DNA of 64,000 bases from an uncultured Nitrososphaerales archaeon (GCA_963841565.1 CAWJCY010000001.1:64001-128000); one strand, 5' to 3'; positions 44,018 through 55,834 are shown, counted from the stretch's first letter. Program-made: numbers and translations. Notes: generated by a model from the sequence alone, not told the origin.

Positions 44018-44440
44018 CTACTGCGAATTCAATAGCTCGTATAGTACTCCTTCTTGCAAAACGACTTTTCTTAATTCTCTTGCCAAATCTGTTACGGTTA
44101 CAATACCGACAATTTTCCCTTTCTCAAGGACTGGCAGTCTTCTTATCCTATGATTGATCATTCTCTGGACAGCTACTTCCAATGGGGTATCAGGCTCAGC
44201 AGTTATAGATATGTTTGACATTATCTCAGATACCAAGACCTCGGAGGAGCGGAGGTCTTTGGAACAAACTTTTCGAACAAAATCCCTTTCGGAAATAATT
44301 CCAACCGCATCGTGATTCTTTTCGACAATTAATGAGCTTATTTGATTACTTGTCATCAATTTCGCAGCGTCCACGATATTCCTATCGTTGTCTATAGTAA
44401 TAACTTCTCGAGTCATTATATTCTTTACAACTTCTGGCAT
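44018..44440 (-). CDS. CBS-pair domain protein
   Basis: VKNIMTREVIT, GIISERDF, IRRLPV, GIVTVTDL. Confidence 0.92.
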   Translation of the reverse strand: MPEVVKNIMTREVITIDNDRNIVDAAKLMTSNQISSLIVEKNHDAVGIISERDFVRKVCSKDLRSSEVLVSEIMSNISITAEPDTPLEVAVQRMINHRIRRLPVLEKGKIVGIVTVTDLARELRKVVLQEGVLYELLNSQ

Positions 44441-45032
44441 GGCAAATGTTAGAGTTTTTAAACAATAAATATGATCCGCATCACTTGTCGAAGCAATGTC
44501 TGACTATGCGGCTGACTTACAAGGTTGATAAATCTAGAAGGAATAAAATAGTACAAAACGACGTGCCAAGCTGTGATGACCCATTCATCATATTCGGAAG
44601 CGAATGATGGGCACACTCAACGGGAGCGACCATTAGCATGAATTCTACGATTGAATTGTGCACAGTCTTAGGCATCTATTTTAAATGAACGATTCGATTG
44701 ATTGCGTTCTATATATTTGTCATCAGAATATTTCATGCATTGTATACAGGATCTGCTTACAAATTAGGGTTCACTGGAATTAATGAATACCCTTCTCATA
44801 ATTACCAATGAGTGTTTGATTGGCTTCTGTTCTTCAGAGATCATCACTATTGTTTGAATTTCAGATATTCTCACGGGATCAATTGCAAATCCTTCTGGGA
44901 AGGACTAAATTGGATTTAAGTCTACCAGAAAGCTTTTTGCTCAATTCTGGCTCAAATTTTGTTGTCAATGGGATTTAAGATACAATGTCAATAAGGTTCG
45001 TTATGAATCAGATAGAAATAGGACACAAGGGA

Positions 45033-45170
45033 ATGTCGAGTGTGATCGTATGCAAAAATTGTGGATTTCATCTTGAGATTGATGACGATCGGGACGCAAT
45101 AGAGATGGTAGATATTCACAAGAAGATAGGTTGCAAAGTTTTCAACGAGAGGTTTAGTGAATTTACATAA
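45033..45170 (+). CDS. Small zinc-finger-like protein
   Basis: MSSVIVCKNCG...IHKKIGC (C2HC pattern); start may be 44985. Confidence 0.55.
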   Translation: MSSVIVCKNCGFHLEIDDDRDAIEMVDIHKKIGCKVFNERFSEFT

Positions 45171-45823
45171 CCGAATATCTGAACCTACAGTAGCAATTCG
45201 CATAGATTTCAATCTGTCCACATCGAATCCCGAATGTGATAAAAATATCGACAATCAACACTGTTCATTCCTAAAGTAATTGAAATTACCAAAGATCGTT
45301 TTGAAAATTTCGTGGAAACTTAAAACTAGCAATTACTAAAAGCTTGGTGAATAGGGCATATTTCAGTCGATCGATACCTTAGTCAAGATAACGAATTGCA
45401 TCAGAGTTAACATATCGGAGGACTGTGGGATAACTTTCTTAAAAAAATTATGAGGTACGGAAGGAGAATTAGTTATCATTGACTACATGCTAATGTTTTC
45501 GCGTCTCTCCCATTGACCCCAGAAGATAGCAAGAGCATATTTCTGCAATCCATAAACGATCAGTTTCTTAATGCATTACATGGAGCTATCTATAAAAGTT
45601 CAAGATGGGTTTACCCGTTATTACTTGCGTTGAGGTAATGGCAAGGTATAATTGAAAAGTTTACCTTCAAGCGGAGGTCCAGACTACTGTCGCCACAAAG
45701 TTGCAGATTAAGGCTAGTCCATGAGGCATTTGGCTATAATTCTTGAGTAAAAGTTTACCTGGTAATAATCTGCGATTAGTCTATTCTTTTCTCCCGAATG
45801 CAACAGGTAATATCAAGATACAC

Positions 45824-46642
45824 TTAGATAGCTTGTGCCAGCTCCTCCATCTTGTGCCCGATATCTGACGACTGAATGAGACTTGTTCCTATTAGAAACC
45901 CATCTGCTCCAACTTTCCTAAGCTCGCGGATTGTTTGTGAATCTGAAATGCCACTTTCACTTATTACCACATTCTTGCCCTTGCTCTGATTCGTAAGGAT
46001 CTCTGAGGTTACCGATGTATCGACAACCAGAGTATCCAAATCACGATTATTTATTCCAAGGATATTATTGCTCGAACTCTCTATTAGTTTCATTGACTCA
46101 GCAAATTCTAACTGAGTATGAACTTCAATGATTGCCCCCAACCCAATCCGATTTGCGTAATCTAGGTAGTTTTCTATATCACCCTCCGCCAAATTGTTAT
46201 CGAAGACTGATTTGATAAGTAATATGCTATCTGCTCCAATTTTTCTGGCTATGCTAACCTGTACATCACTGACAACTATATCCTTCATGAGAATGGGAGC
46301 ATTTATTTTATGTCTATTGTATGAGATATGGGATATAGAGCCGTGGAATTCATAGGGCTGAGTCAAGACCGATATTGCTATTGCTCCAGAATTTATCATA
46401 ATTTCAGCTATGTCTGAAGGTTGGAATTTTTTATCTATCAAAAGGCCGCGTGATGGCGAGCGGTATTTTATTTCTCCTATTATAGGTACATATGGACAAG
46501 AGACTATGCGTTTTCTAAGATCCAAAATATCGTGTGATCTGAGATGCAAAGAGTTGAAATCATATGCTCCATTATCCAATGCCCTGTAAGAGTTGTCAAC
46601 TAGCCGGTGAAGAAAGCGTTCATGATCCAGGAATCTTACCAT
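45824..46642 (-). CDS. trpC: Indole-3-glycerol phosphate synthase
   Basis: GEIKYRSPSRG, ISVLT, PILMKD, GINNRDL, ISESGI, FLIGTSL. Confidence 0.93.
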   Translation of the reverse strand: MVRFLDHERFLHRLVDNSYRALDNGAYDFNSLHLRSHDILDLRKRIVSCPYVPIIGEIKYRSPSRGLLIDKKFQPSDIAEIMINSGAIAISVLTQPYEFHGSISHISYNRHKINAPILMKDIVVSDVQVSIARKIGADSILLIKSVFDNNLAEGDIENYLDYANRIGLGAIIEVHTQLEFAESMKLIESSSNNILGINNRDLDTLVVDTSVTSEILTNQSKGKNVVISESGISDSQTIRELRKVGADGFLIGTSLIQSSDIGHKMEELAQAI

Positions 46643-46987
46643 GGACTATTTTTGTTCTCCTTCTGGGATTTGCGTGTTAAACAATTTGAGCGTTTCCTTT
46701 TACCTTCCTTTTTGGAAGTATTCTGCTGATAATGGAGCAGAATGAAGAGGGTGATTTGGACTATAACATGTCCGTTGGTGTAAGTTGACAACTATCACTA
46801 TCAATAAGCGCCGGATTTACGAGAATGAATATATGGAAAGGGTCGTCGCATTAGATTCGATTTACTGTTGCGTGACAAGGTTTCTCTAACTAATGTAACT
46901 GGAAGGCTAAATTTCATGTTGTCCAGAATCATCCCTAAACACTGGTGGCAATGCTTATTAGATCCGTGACGCTATTATTTCATAAAT

Positions 46988-47341
46988 ATGGATTTTGACA
47001 GACTCTGTAAGGATGTTCTCGATTTGGAATCTGGAGTGAGGTTTGCTGGTGTCTGTGACGATTCAGGAGTAATAAAATATGGTGGTCAAAGAGAAGGAAT
47101 AACCAATTACCTCTCTCCAGACGAAACAAAACGATCAAATTTGCAGGCATTGGCGAGATGGGCATTACGGAATTCCCTCGCATCAAAAATAGGAGAAGGG
47201 AGATATGCGATGGCCGAATATGAGAAAATCAAGAGAATAACTGTTCCATTAGAACAAAATCACTTACTCCTAGTAACCACAGAGGTTAATGCAGATCATA
47301 ACAAGATTATAGAGAGTATTCTGAAAATGGTTGGGAGATAA
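46988..47341 (+). CDS. Roadblock/profilin-like protein typical of Nitrososphaerota
   Basis: VRFAGVCD...GGQREG...YAMAEYEKIKRITVPL...LLLVTTE. Confidence 0.75.
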   Translation: MDFDRLCKDVLDLESGVRFAGVCDDSGVIKYGGQREGITNYLSPDETKRSNLQALARWALRNSLASKIGEGRYAMAEYEKIKRITVPLEQNHLLLVTTEVNADHNKIIESILKMVGR

Positions 47342-47517
47342 ACTATTTAGTGAAATATGTTGAGGTGTTGAGCGTAGTTCTGCACTTTTGCCGGCGTGAT
47401 CAAGTAACGATATTATTTTAGTGCTTCGCGCAAAATAGTCACCAACGTCAAAGTAATATTTCTGGAATTATCAAGAAGTAGGGATAATGAATAATGTATA
47501 CTTGCTGCCTCCGTTCT

Positions 47518-49419
47518 TCATCGATTGTCAGACAAGCTTTTTGTGGCATCAATAATACCATAAGCAATTGTAAAGCTAAATGTTGAGCCTTTTCCATCAA
47601 TATTATTTTTTGCCCAAATCTTGCCCCCATGGGCTTCTATTATGCTCTTACATATGAATAGACCCAGCCCAGTTCCAGTCTCCGATTTGGTCGAGAACTT
47701 TGTAAATAGCCTAGTCGTGATATCAGAATCGATCCCCTTACCAGTGTCCGTAACACTGACCACAATGTCATGAAAATTCTTTTCGACGGCAACACGTATG
47801 TATCCTTCCTGCGTGAATTTTACTGAGTTAGCTAGAAGATTATAGATAACCTGGTATATCCTTCCCTTATCAGCATAAACTAGAATTGATCCTATCGAAT
47901 CGTATTGAAGCTGGACTTGATTTGATCTTTCTTCGTCTGCCCTCAAAGCGGTCTTCGTATCCTCCAGAACTGAATGAATAACGAGGTCGAGATCAAACGG
48001 TTCCTTATTAAGCCGAAGGCTTTTACTTTCTATGCGGGTTACATCCAAAATGTCTGAAGCCAACCTTACTAGTCTTCTGGCGTTACGCATGATTGATTGA
48101 ACCTGTTCATTGTCCACTGCCACTAAAGGCTTCGATGCCATAAATTGACGTTCAATGTACTGCGCCTCACCCAGAATAGGCATGATAGGAGTCCTCAATT
48201 CGTGGGCTGCCACATTTATGAACTCTTTCTGCATCTTATCATGGATTTTAAGCTGCCTATTGGCAACTGCCAGGCGTCGATTAGTCTCCCCAAGTGAATT
48301 ATTGATCTCCTTAAGTTGACCAGTCCTTGATCTGATAGCGTTGTCTAACCTTCTATTCCAAGATAGGACGATGAATGAGACAAATACTGCAATGCATGCA
48401 GTAGTTATCACCACTATCGTACTAAATGTGCTCAGTTGATCTATTAAGCCCCCCACTTCTGTTGCAAGACTGTGCGGTACACTCACGAAAAGCGTCCACA
48501 AATGTTCGGTACCTATGCGGACAGGTTGATAGGCCATGGTCACAATAGAATCTGTATTAGGAAGCTCTATATCGTTAACTCCTCCATTCCTATCCCTTAG
48601 CGAGCTATTTATGATTGCATTATAAGAATTCTTTATATCTTCAGAAACAAGAGACTGAAATTCAGCAGACAGATAATTCTTCCCAATTAAGGAAGGCTCC
48701 CTTGCATAGACAATCACTCCATCTCGGTCCATAAATCCCACGTTACTTACTACTTCGGGCGACAAATCTCGCTGTAACATTTCGCCTACAATCCTAAGAT
48801 TGATGGCTGCAACTATTACACCGACAGGAGAGTGTTCGACAGACATAGTAGTTGAATTAGATATCTCTGAACCTCGACTGCCTGTTCCAGGGCCTACTTG
48901 AAATATAGGATAAGAGATTAAGAGCCTTGGTTGATTATCATGAAAGTTAAGAACATTGCTATAATAGGGCAATGAAGTTTCGAGAGGAATTCGAATGAAT
49001 TCCTCATCCTTCAAGTCTGAAGACCCTAGTGACGTAAGATTATTAGGATCTAAGCCGGTCCACGACAGTATCTGTCCGCTCTCATTAAAAAGATAGTATC
49101 CTTCAGTCAAATCCATTGTGGAATCCTGTGCAAATTTGAGAAGGATTTGGTTCATGCTTTGGTTGTCAAAGCCTCCTGGGAGAGTACTCGACAATACGGC
49201 TAGCTTATCCACGACTGGATTCACAGTATGGTAAAAGATTCTTGAAAGATCAAATGCCGTTATCCTCGCGTTTGACCTTATATTATCAGAAGCCAATTCT
49301 TCTACCTTGTTAGCCGTCATGGAAGAGTATTGATACGAAAGGGACGAAGATAAAAAGCCTACAATGACTATGATCACTAGGATAGTAATATTAAGTTTTG
49401 ATAGCCTTGCGTCTATCAT
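47518..49419 (-). CDS. Membrane sensor histidine kinase with Cache-like extracellular domain
   Basis: Two TMs, AAHELRTP H-box, NLLANSVKF, DTGKGI, GTGLGLFI. Confidence 0.93.
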   Translation of the reverse strand: MIDARLSKLNITILVIIVIVGFLSSSLSYQYSSMTANKVEELASDNIRSNARITAFDLSRIFYHTVNPVVDKLAVLSSTLPGGFDNQSMNQILLKFAQDSTMDLTEGYYLFNESGQILSWTGLDPNNLTSLGSSDLKDEEFIRIPLETSLPYYSNVLNFHDNQPRLLISYPIFQVGPGTGSRGSEISNSTTMSVEHSPVGVIVAAINLRIVGEMLQRDLSPEVVSNVGFMDRDGVIVYAREPSLIGKNYLSAEFQSLVSEDIKNSYNAIINSSLRDRNGGVNDIELPNTDSIVTMAYQPVRIGTEHLWTLFVSVPHSLATEVGGLIDQLSTFSTIVVITTACIAVFVSFIVLSWNRRLDNAIRSRTGQLKEINNSLGETNRRLAVANRQLKIHDKMQKEFINVAAHELRTPIMPILGEAQYIERQFMASKPLVAVDNEQVQSIMRNARRLVRLASDILDVTRIESKSLRLNKEPFDLDLVIHSVLEDTKTALRADEERSNQVQLQYDSIGSILVYADKGRIYQVIYNLLANSVKFTQEGYIRVAVEKNFHDIVVSVTDTGKGIDSDITTRLFTKFSTKSETGTGLGLFICKSIIEAHGGKIWAKNNIDGKGSTFSFTIAYGIIDATKSLSDNR

Positions 49420-49705
49420 GAACTAAAAATGCCCCCTCTAGTGTTCATTTGGAATAAATCATAATGTGGGAACGACTTTTATACTTGTCAGACGCTTCGG
49501 TGATGTGCCAACGATATCGGCCATCAGGAAGTATAATTCAAATTATTACCTAACGATTTTTCAAGAATTATTTGTCATTGGATTTAACATGATCCAGGTA
49601 TCTTATGTTAATATCTATTATTGGTCAAATTAACATTAATTCCTTTTCATGAAATGAATCAAGATATAGATTTATTTTCAACTAGGCATATTCGACAGTG
49701 AAAAA

Positions 49706-49864
49706 ATGACAGATGAAATATTCATGTATGGAATTGCCGCTGGCGCGTTTGCAGTCCTAGCGGGAATATTATTCGGTTCAAGGAGTAAACGTAAAGCTGA
49801 AGAGAGAAAATTAACAGCCGGTTCAACTGGATCATCAGAGGCTGGTAGAACGGGAGTTATATAG
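49706..49864 (+). CDS. Small single-TM protein (52 aa)
   Basis: MTDEIFMYGIAAGAFAVLAGILFGSRSKRK..., TM followed by a basic stretch; below the ORF-track cutoff. Confidence 0.6.
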   Translation: MTDEIFMYGIAAGAFAVLAGILFGSRSKRKAEERKLTAGSTGSSEAGRTGVI

Positions 49865-50329
49865 TTTGTACCAGCTCTACAGTTTGATCCTTGCTGAATA
49901 AAAATCTGATTGATGTAAAATATTCCAAAACTCACCTTCCCATTCGTCTTTGATGGTAAGATCGTACAACGAAACATCAAACATCTTACTAAAGGTATTG
50001 CATAAAATATTTGGTATCGACATTAAGATCGGTTTGACCTTTGTAATTGAGTGAGTAGTATATTTTTGAGTCCTCTTGTCCTAATCTGCTGTAGTGAATG
50101 TTTTGGTCCAGAAAACACACTATAAAGGGGGTGGGAAGGAAAAAAGCATCAGCCCCTACTGCAATAAAAAAGAAGCTTCGCTGTACAAAGGCGTTTTGGC
50201 CATCTTGACCCCTTCTAATTGGAATCATTTTTAATCTGTCACTTTACTTTAAGTATACACTTTTTTCCTCTTACAATGGATGTTTCATTACATGGTAATT
50301 ACGAGTACCGTTCTGGGAACAACAATTTG

Positions 50330-50488
50330 TCAAACGTTCTTCTTTCTCTTGTTCAACTTGAGTAGGATCAACCCAGCAACTCCCCATAGCATTACCGCTA
50401 CAAAGGTCTGCCTAAAAAACCAAGCAATTCCACCAGTAACTGCAAAGACCATCCCTAAGATTCCTATGGCCTGCTTTCTCTTTACCAT
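50330..50488 (-). CDS. Small two-TM membrane protein
   Basis: MVKRKQAIGILGMVFAVTGGIAWFF...LWGVAGLILLKLNKRKK, follows the positive-inside rule. Confidence 0.65.
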   Translation of the reverse strand: MVKRKQAIGILGMVFAVTGGIAWFFRQTFVAVMLWGVAGLILLKLNKRKKNV

Positions 50489-50906
50489 TAGCAGCATCCT
50501 CAAAGGGATCGATCTCAATTAACCCTTTCGCCACAATCAGTTCATGACAGCTGTTAATTTACAAGATAAGTAGTATGGATTCAAGAGCGCCATGATATAA
50601 CAATTACCCACCAGTTGGAATGTCAAAATTGTATTTAGAAGGACTTAAAAGGAATATTGAATAGTCCGATTCTAGTTGGATAGGGTTACTTGGTGCAGAT
50701 TGTGAAATGAGTTTTACTTTGCAGGTAATACTTGATACAACTAAAGGATCTCCTTCGATGCGTATTAAGGTATGAATCCTCGATGATGAACCCCTATCCA
50801 GACTCGACAGATTGAGTAAGTGAGTATGTGCCTGTCCATCGAAATAGAACTATGAGGGGGAATCCGGAAACATAAAGGCTATATACTTTTCACCTAACGA
50901 AGTTGT

Positions 50907-51233
50907 ATGGCACTATTTGGAATATTCGGCACGCACACTGTGGATCTGTGTCCTTTAAACAACAAAACAAGTGCTAAAACTATGGTCCAAATGTCAGAGA
51001 AGAGTGCAGATGCAACAAATAACCGCTCTAAATATGGAATAAGCAGGATCATTGGTAGGTACCACTCAGCATTGGAGCACACGTTTGTTTGGATCGTTGA
51101 TGCAGAAAGCGCACATCAACTAGAGAAATTCCTAATTGATATAGGCTCTGCCAAGTTTAATTCATCTAAAATAGTTCCTTTAATCAATTTTGAAGAGGTT
51201 GTGCGGAAGGGGACCGACGATCTTCAAAGCTAG
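50907..51233 (+). CDS. Small ferredoxin-like-fold (GYD/DUF3303-like) protein
   Basis: HTVDLCP...YHSALEHTFVWIVDAES...IVPLINFEE. Confidence 0.6.
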   Translation: MALFGIFGTHTVDLCPLNNKTSAKTMVQMSEKSADATNNRSKYGISRIIGRYHSALEHTFVWIVDAESAHQLEKFLIDIGSAKFNSSKIVPLINFEEVVRKGTDDLQS

Positions 51234-51718
51234 TATTTTGTACGAGTTCCCTGTGGAGTAATTTATACTGTTCTTGATTTTTTTCTGTAACCCATCCCAC
51301 TGCGTCAAACAAAGTTAACTACGGTCCGTTTTGAATACTTATTACATCTGACTTAATTCATTTCGATATCGCTGCAAGTTGTAGGAGTGAATATTTCGCC
51401 ACATCTCGATTAAAAAAAGGATTAGAGTATTGTTCATGTATTCAAAAAAGATTACACAATGTTAACGAGCACACGTTGTACAATTGAGCGTCATATGGTT
51501 AATTGTAGTACTCATTTGCACTGACATAAGGTTGGCTGTCGATATAAGTAAGGTCAATACTAATCGGCTCTACAGAGAGAAGTGTTCTTTCACACTGTAA
51601 TGACATTTTGGCAGTACTCAAGGAGATATTTGATCTAAGAAGTTTAATGTTCTACAGATACGGCGGATCCCTTGATATCATAAACCATGTATATATTGCC
51701 TTGTGGTTTAGATAATAC

Positions 51719-54040
51719 ATGACCGAGCGCAATGATCCATACTCGCAATCGTCGTCCCACGTTATTGCAGAGATTTACCAGAGATTGCAGGATAATATAT
51801 CAAGAATCCAGGGAATAAGAAGTAGGCCCCTAACTTTGAGTGAAAAGGTACTTATTGGCCATTTAGATCATCAAATTGGGCCTGATTTAGAGAATAATTT
51901 AGCGAGGGGTAAGAGTTATATATCACTAAGGCCTGACAGGGTAGCGCTTCAGGATGTAACTGGACAAATGACGCTGCTCCAGTTCATGCAAACCGGATTG
52001 CAACACACACAGGTACCCACTAGCGTGCACTGCGATCACCTTATCCAGGCAAGAGTTGAAGGAGAGCAAGACACACGTGCGGCACTCTACGAAAATAGTG
52101 AAGTCTACCAGTTTTTAGAATCGGCATGCAAGAAATACGGAATAGGATTTTGGAGGCCTGGTTCAGGTATTATTCATCAAGTTGTCCTAGAGAACTACGC
52201 GTTTCCGGGAGGCCTCATGATTGGTACCGACTCGCATACCCCTAATGCAGGTGGTCTTGGTATGCTGGCTATAGGAGTTGGAGGTTTGGATGCGGCTGAA
52301 GTAATGGCAGGACTACCTTGGGAATTATTGTACCCCAAGCGAATTGGGGTACTCCTCACTGGAGAGCTTAATGGATGGACATCTCCTAAGGATATTATCT
52401 TACATGTCGCCTCAATTTTGACAGTAGCCGGGGGAACGAACGCGATAATTGAATATTTTGGTCCAGGTTGCACAACCCTCAGCTGCACCGGGAAGGCAAC
52501 CATTACTAACATGGGAGCTGAGATTGGTGCAACAACTTCAATTTTTCCTTATGACAGAAAGATGAGTGAATATCTTGCAGCCACAGGAAGAAGTGAAATA
52601 GCTGAGTTAGCGAACCGGCATTTTAGCTTACTGCAACAGGATCCGGAAATAGAGCGTCAAATTCTACTAAACCGGGAGAATAGCTCGAAATACTTTGATC
52701 AGCTAATAGAGTTGAACCTTTCTGAATTGGATCCTTATATTGTCGGTCCTCATACCCCAGATCTTGCTCGCCCCGTCTCAAAAATGGCATCTGACGTGAA
52801 AAGAAATGGATATGTCGACGAAATATCTGTTGCATTAATTGGTAGTTGCACCAATTCGTCGTATGAGGATATGTCACGGGCAGCCGACATTGCAGAACAG
52901 GCCAATGCTCGAGGATTGAAGGCAAAAATACCTTTGCAGGTCACGCCTGGCTCTGAAATGATTAGAACCACAATTGAACGAGATGGACAGATGGATTTGC
53001 TTAAGAGAATTGGTGCAAATGTCCTGGCTAATGCGTGTGGACCATGTATCGGTCAATGGCAGAGATCGGAATTGAAAACTGGCTTGCCTAATACTATCGT
53101 CACATCGTACAATCGTAATTTCCCAGGAAGAAATGATGGTAGGCGCGAGACTATGAATTTCATATCTAGTCCAGAGATGGTCGTTGCATTAGCCTTGGGC
53201 GGAAAGCTATCGTTTAATCCCCTAAATGACGAATTAGTAGCTAGCGATGGAAGCTTGTTCAAGCTTGAACCTCCCAAAATTGCGCCAGAGATTCCTAGCC
53301 TAGGATTCGCGGACGTCGCTGATACATTTGTCGCACCAGCCAGCGATTCGAAAAACATCAGTGTCGTTATCAGAGAGGATAGTGATAGGCTCCAAAAACT
53401 TGAGCCATTCCCAGCCTGGGATGGAAGGGATTTCGAAGACCTTGCAATACTAGCCAAAGTAGCTGGGAAATGTACCACCGACCATATATCTCCCGCAGGA
53501 GCATGGCTCATGTATCGAGGTCATCTTGATAAAATAAGTGATAATCTGCTTCTGGGCGCAGTGAATTCCTTTAACGGAAAAATTGGCATTGGAAAGAACG
53601 TGTTCACCAATCAGATTGGTTCTTTTCCAGAAATTGCTAGAATATACAGGAATCAAGGAATAAAATGGATCATTATAGGCGATATGAACTATGGAGAAGG
53701 TAGTAGTAGAGAGCATGCTGCCATGTCTCCACGGTATTTAGGCTGTGTTGCGGTAATCGCTCGAAGCTTTGCAAGAATTCATGAAACTAATTTGAAGAAG
53801 CAGGGAGTCCTTGCCGCTACTTTCGCCAACAAGTCAGACTTTGAAAAAATACGTGAAGATGATAGGGTAAGTATACATGGATTAAGTCGACTAGAACCCG
53901 GCAAACCTCTAGAGTGCTTACTACATCATGGTAACCAAGGAATAGAGACAATCTGGCTTCAGCATTCCTACAATGAGGCTCAAATTGAATGGTTCAAAAT
54001 GGGTTCTGCACTTAATATAATCAGAAGTAGAAAAACATGA
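51719..54040 (+). CDS. acnA: Aconitate hydratase (mitochondrial-like AcnA)
   Basis: HCDHL, GTDSHT, IGSCTNSSYED, ACGPCIGQW, CTTDHIS, NYGEGSSREHA. Confidence 0.96.
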   Translation: MTERNDPYSQSSSHVIAEIYQRLQDNISRIQGIRSRPLTLSEKVLIGHLDHQIGPDLENNLARGKSYISLRPDRVALQDVTGQMTLLQFMQTGLQHTQVPTSVHCDHLIQARVEGEQDTRAALYENSEVYQFLESACKKYGIGFWRPGSGIIHQVVLENYAFPGGLMIGTDSHTPNAGGLGMLAIGVGGLDAAEVMAGLPWELLYPKRIGVLLTGELNGWTSPKDIILHVASILTVAGGTNAIIEYFGPGCTTLSCTGKATITNMGAEIGATTSIFPYDRKMSEYLAATGRSEIAELANRHFSLLQQDPEIERQILLNRENSSKYFDQLIELNLSELDPYIVGPHTPDLARPVSKMASDVKRNGYVDEISVALIGSCTNSSYEDMSRAADIAEQANARGLKAKIPLQVTPGSEMIRTTIERDGQMDLLKRIGANVLANACGPCIGQWQRSELKTGLPNTIVTSYNRNFPGRNDGRRETMNFISSPEMVVALALGGKLSFNPLNDELVASDGSLFKLEPPKIAPEIPSLGFADVADTFVAPASDSKNISVVIREDSDRLQKLEPFPAWDGRDFEDLAILAKVAGKCTTDHISPAGAWLMYRGHLDKISDNLLLGAVNSFNGKIGIGKNVFTNQIGSFPEIARIYRNQGIKWIIIGDMNYGEGSSREHAAMSPRYLGCVAVIARSFARIHETNLKKQGVLAATFANKSDFEKIREDDRVSIHGLSRLEPGKPLECLLHHGNQGIETIWLQHSYNEAQIEWFKMGSALNIIRSRKT

Positions 54041-54447
54041 TTTGATCAGTTACATTTCAACTTTCAGCCTTATCATATCCCAATGAAGCAAAAAGCAAAT
54101 TAGTTGTGTTAGCGTTCAATTTTGCATCTAAAATCTTATCACTTTGATCCTACGCACGTCTAGGAATCCTTTTCTATCTTCTTCGTTTGATCATGTAATA
54201 GAAAAGCCATAAATTACGCTAAACTAAGGACTTCGTTAAGAGTCCTTCTTGACAAGAAAAGGACTCGCTTCAATTTCGTTATAGTAGTTTTCAACTTGCG
54301 TGAAACCTCGCACTTATTCTCCAAAATCTGTAATTTATTATCTATGTTCCTCGACAATAGAAAACATCTGATTATGATTTTATGCAGTGATGATGAGAAA
54401 ACTTAATAAGCATATTTCTTGTCATAAGGAGACAAGGCTAAAGAAGT

Positions 54448-54699
54448 ATGACGTGTAAAGGAATATGTTCTAGGCATAAAGCTCAGAAGCCGGTAGGAAT
54501 GGGAAGATACGCTAATGGGCAAAAAAGATGTCAGATATGTGAGATTTTTTTGAAATGGGAAGGATTATGGTGCCCATGCTGCGGATATAGACTAAGAACT
54601 AAACCTAGAAATTTGAAGTATAAGGCCAAATTGCGGCAACGCGAAACAGTTATCACGGTACCCGAGAACATTATCGTTAAGAAAGTACCTAATGCATAG
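54448..54699 (+). CDS. Small Cys-rich zinc-ribbon protein typical of Nitrososphaerota
   Basis: MTCKGIC...RCQICE...CPCCGYRLRTKPR. Confidence 0.85.
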   Translation: MTCKGICSRHKAQKPVGMGRYANGQKRCQICEIFLKWEGLWCPCCGYRLRTKPRNLKYKAKLRQRETVITVPENIIVKKVPNA

Positions 54700-55573
54700 C
54701 CCTTAAATTTCTCTTTTTTGCTTTGCAAGCCGTAGCGGGTACAATGCAGGCATTTGTGTACTAGTAATTTAACGAACATAGATGACGATCAGAAATGTGG
54801 CCTTTACACGGGTGTTCGGCTAACCGAGCATAATACTTGTAGATGAATTCATGGGGGCTCTCATCGCAACATAGCAAAGCTCAGTGAATGATGTACGCTC
54901 ATTGTGCCATAGTTATGCTCACGGATCCTGTCAAGAAGCAATTAGAAATATTAGGCTGCGAATTGGGCAGTGGTTGTTACCCATTTATAGTGTTTGCTTC
55001 AGAATGCATTACAAGGATTGCGGAGCGTAATTATCATGAACCACCGAAAATAGGGCAGATGGATTCTAAAAATCCATTAATAGAAGCAAGATATCCTTTT
55101 AAATAATTATGGGATGAATATTGCATAACGATACAGATTGAATAAAAGCATTATTTTAAGAATAGCGAATAGTACAAAATTTCAGATCGCCTTTGATTAG
55201 CAAGATAAGAAGCTAACATATTCGTATAGAAAGGAGTACAACTATGAGTGGTATATACTGATCCAAAATGGAAAAATAGATCAAAAATATTATAGCCAAA
55301 TCGAGTAATATATATCTCTATAATAGCTCACAGGTCATATGCATTGTAGTCAATAGTGATTAATGCGAATGTCAGGCAACACTTAGCAGCATATTAAACC
55401 CAACAGTAAGACAAGAGTAATTTCTAATATGTGTGGAAGTAACCTCAATTCAATTGTTATGATTAGTTAGAAGATTCTTTAGAAGACAGTCATACTCCAA
55501 AGTTAGCTGAGATTTATCTAGACCAAACAGTCAATGTCTTATATATCATTAAATGCAATTTTTATTATGGTAA

Positions 55574-55726
55574 ATGATTCTAAATCAAGTAAACCGGTTC
55601 AGCGTTCTAAAAGAAGTATATGATTTACTGGATGGAATGAAACGTTATATGCGAATAGAACATCAGGACGATGACAAAGAATTACTGGAATATCTGCGAA
55701 AGCAAGCAGGTTTACATCGGGAATAG
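55574..55726 (+). CDS. Small hypothetical protein (50 aa)
   Basis: MILNQVNRFSVLKEVYDLLDGMKRYMRIEHQDDDKELLEYLRKQAGLHRE; TATA-like box near 55540. Confidence 0.45.
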   Translation: MILNQVNRFSVLKEVYDLLDGMKRYMRIEHQDDDKELLEYLRKQAGLHRE

Positions 55727-55834
55727 TGTTCTGGGGGCCAGATTATTTTCCCTATTTGAAATAGCATAAAATTCAGATTTATGGCCATATCTGAATTTGC
55801 TTAATGCGAGCAAATGAAACGCTCTTTGCTCCTA

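Noticed and set aside
44563-44614. Hairpin with a GTGATGA box (possible C/D sRNA)
   Set aside because: No properly spaced CUGA D box; evidence too weak.
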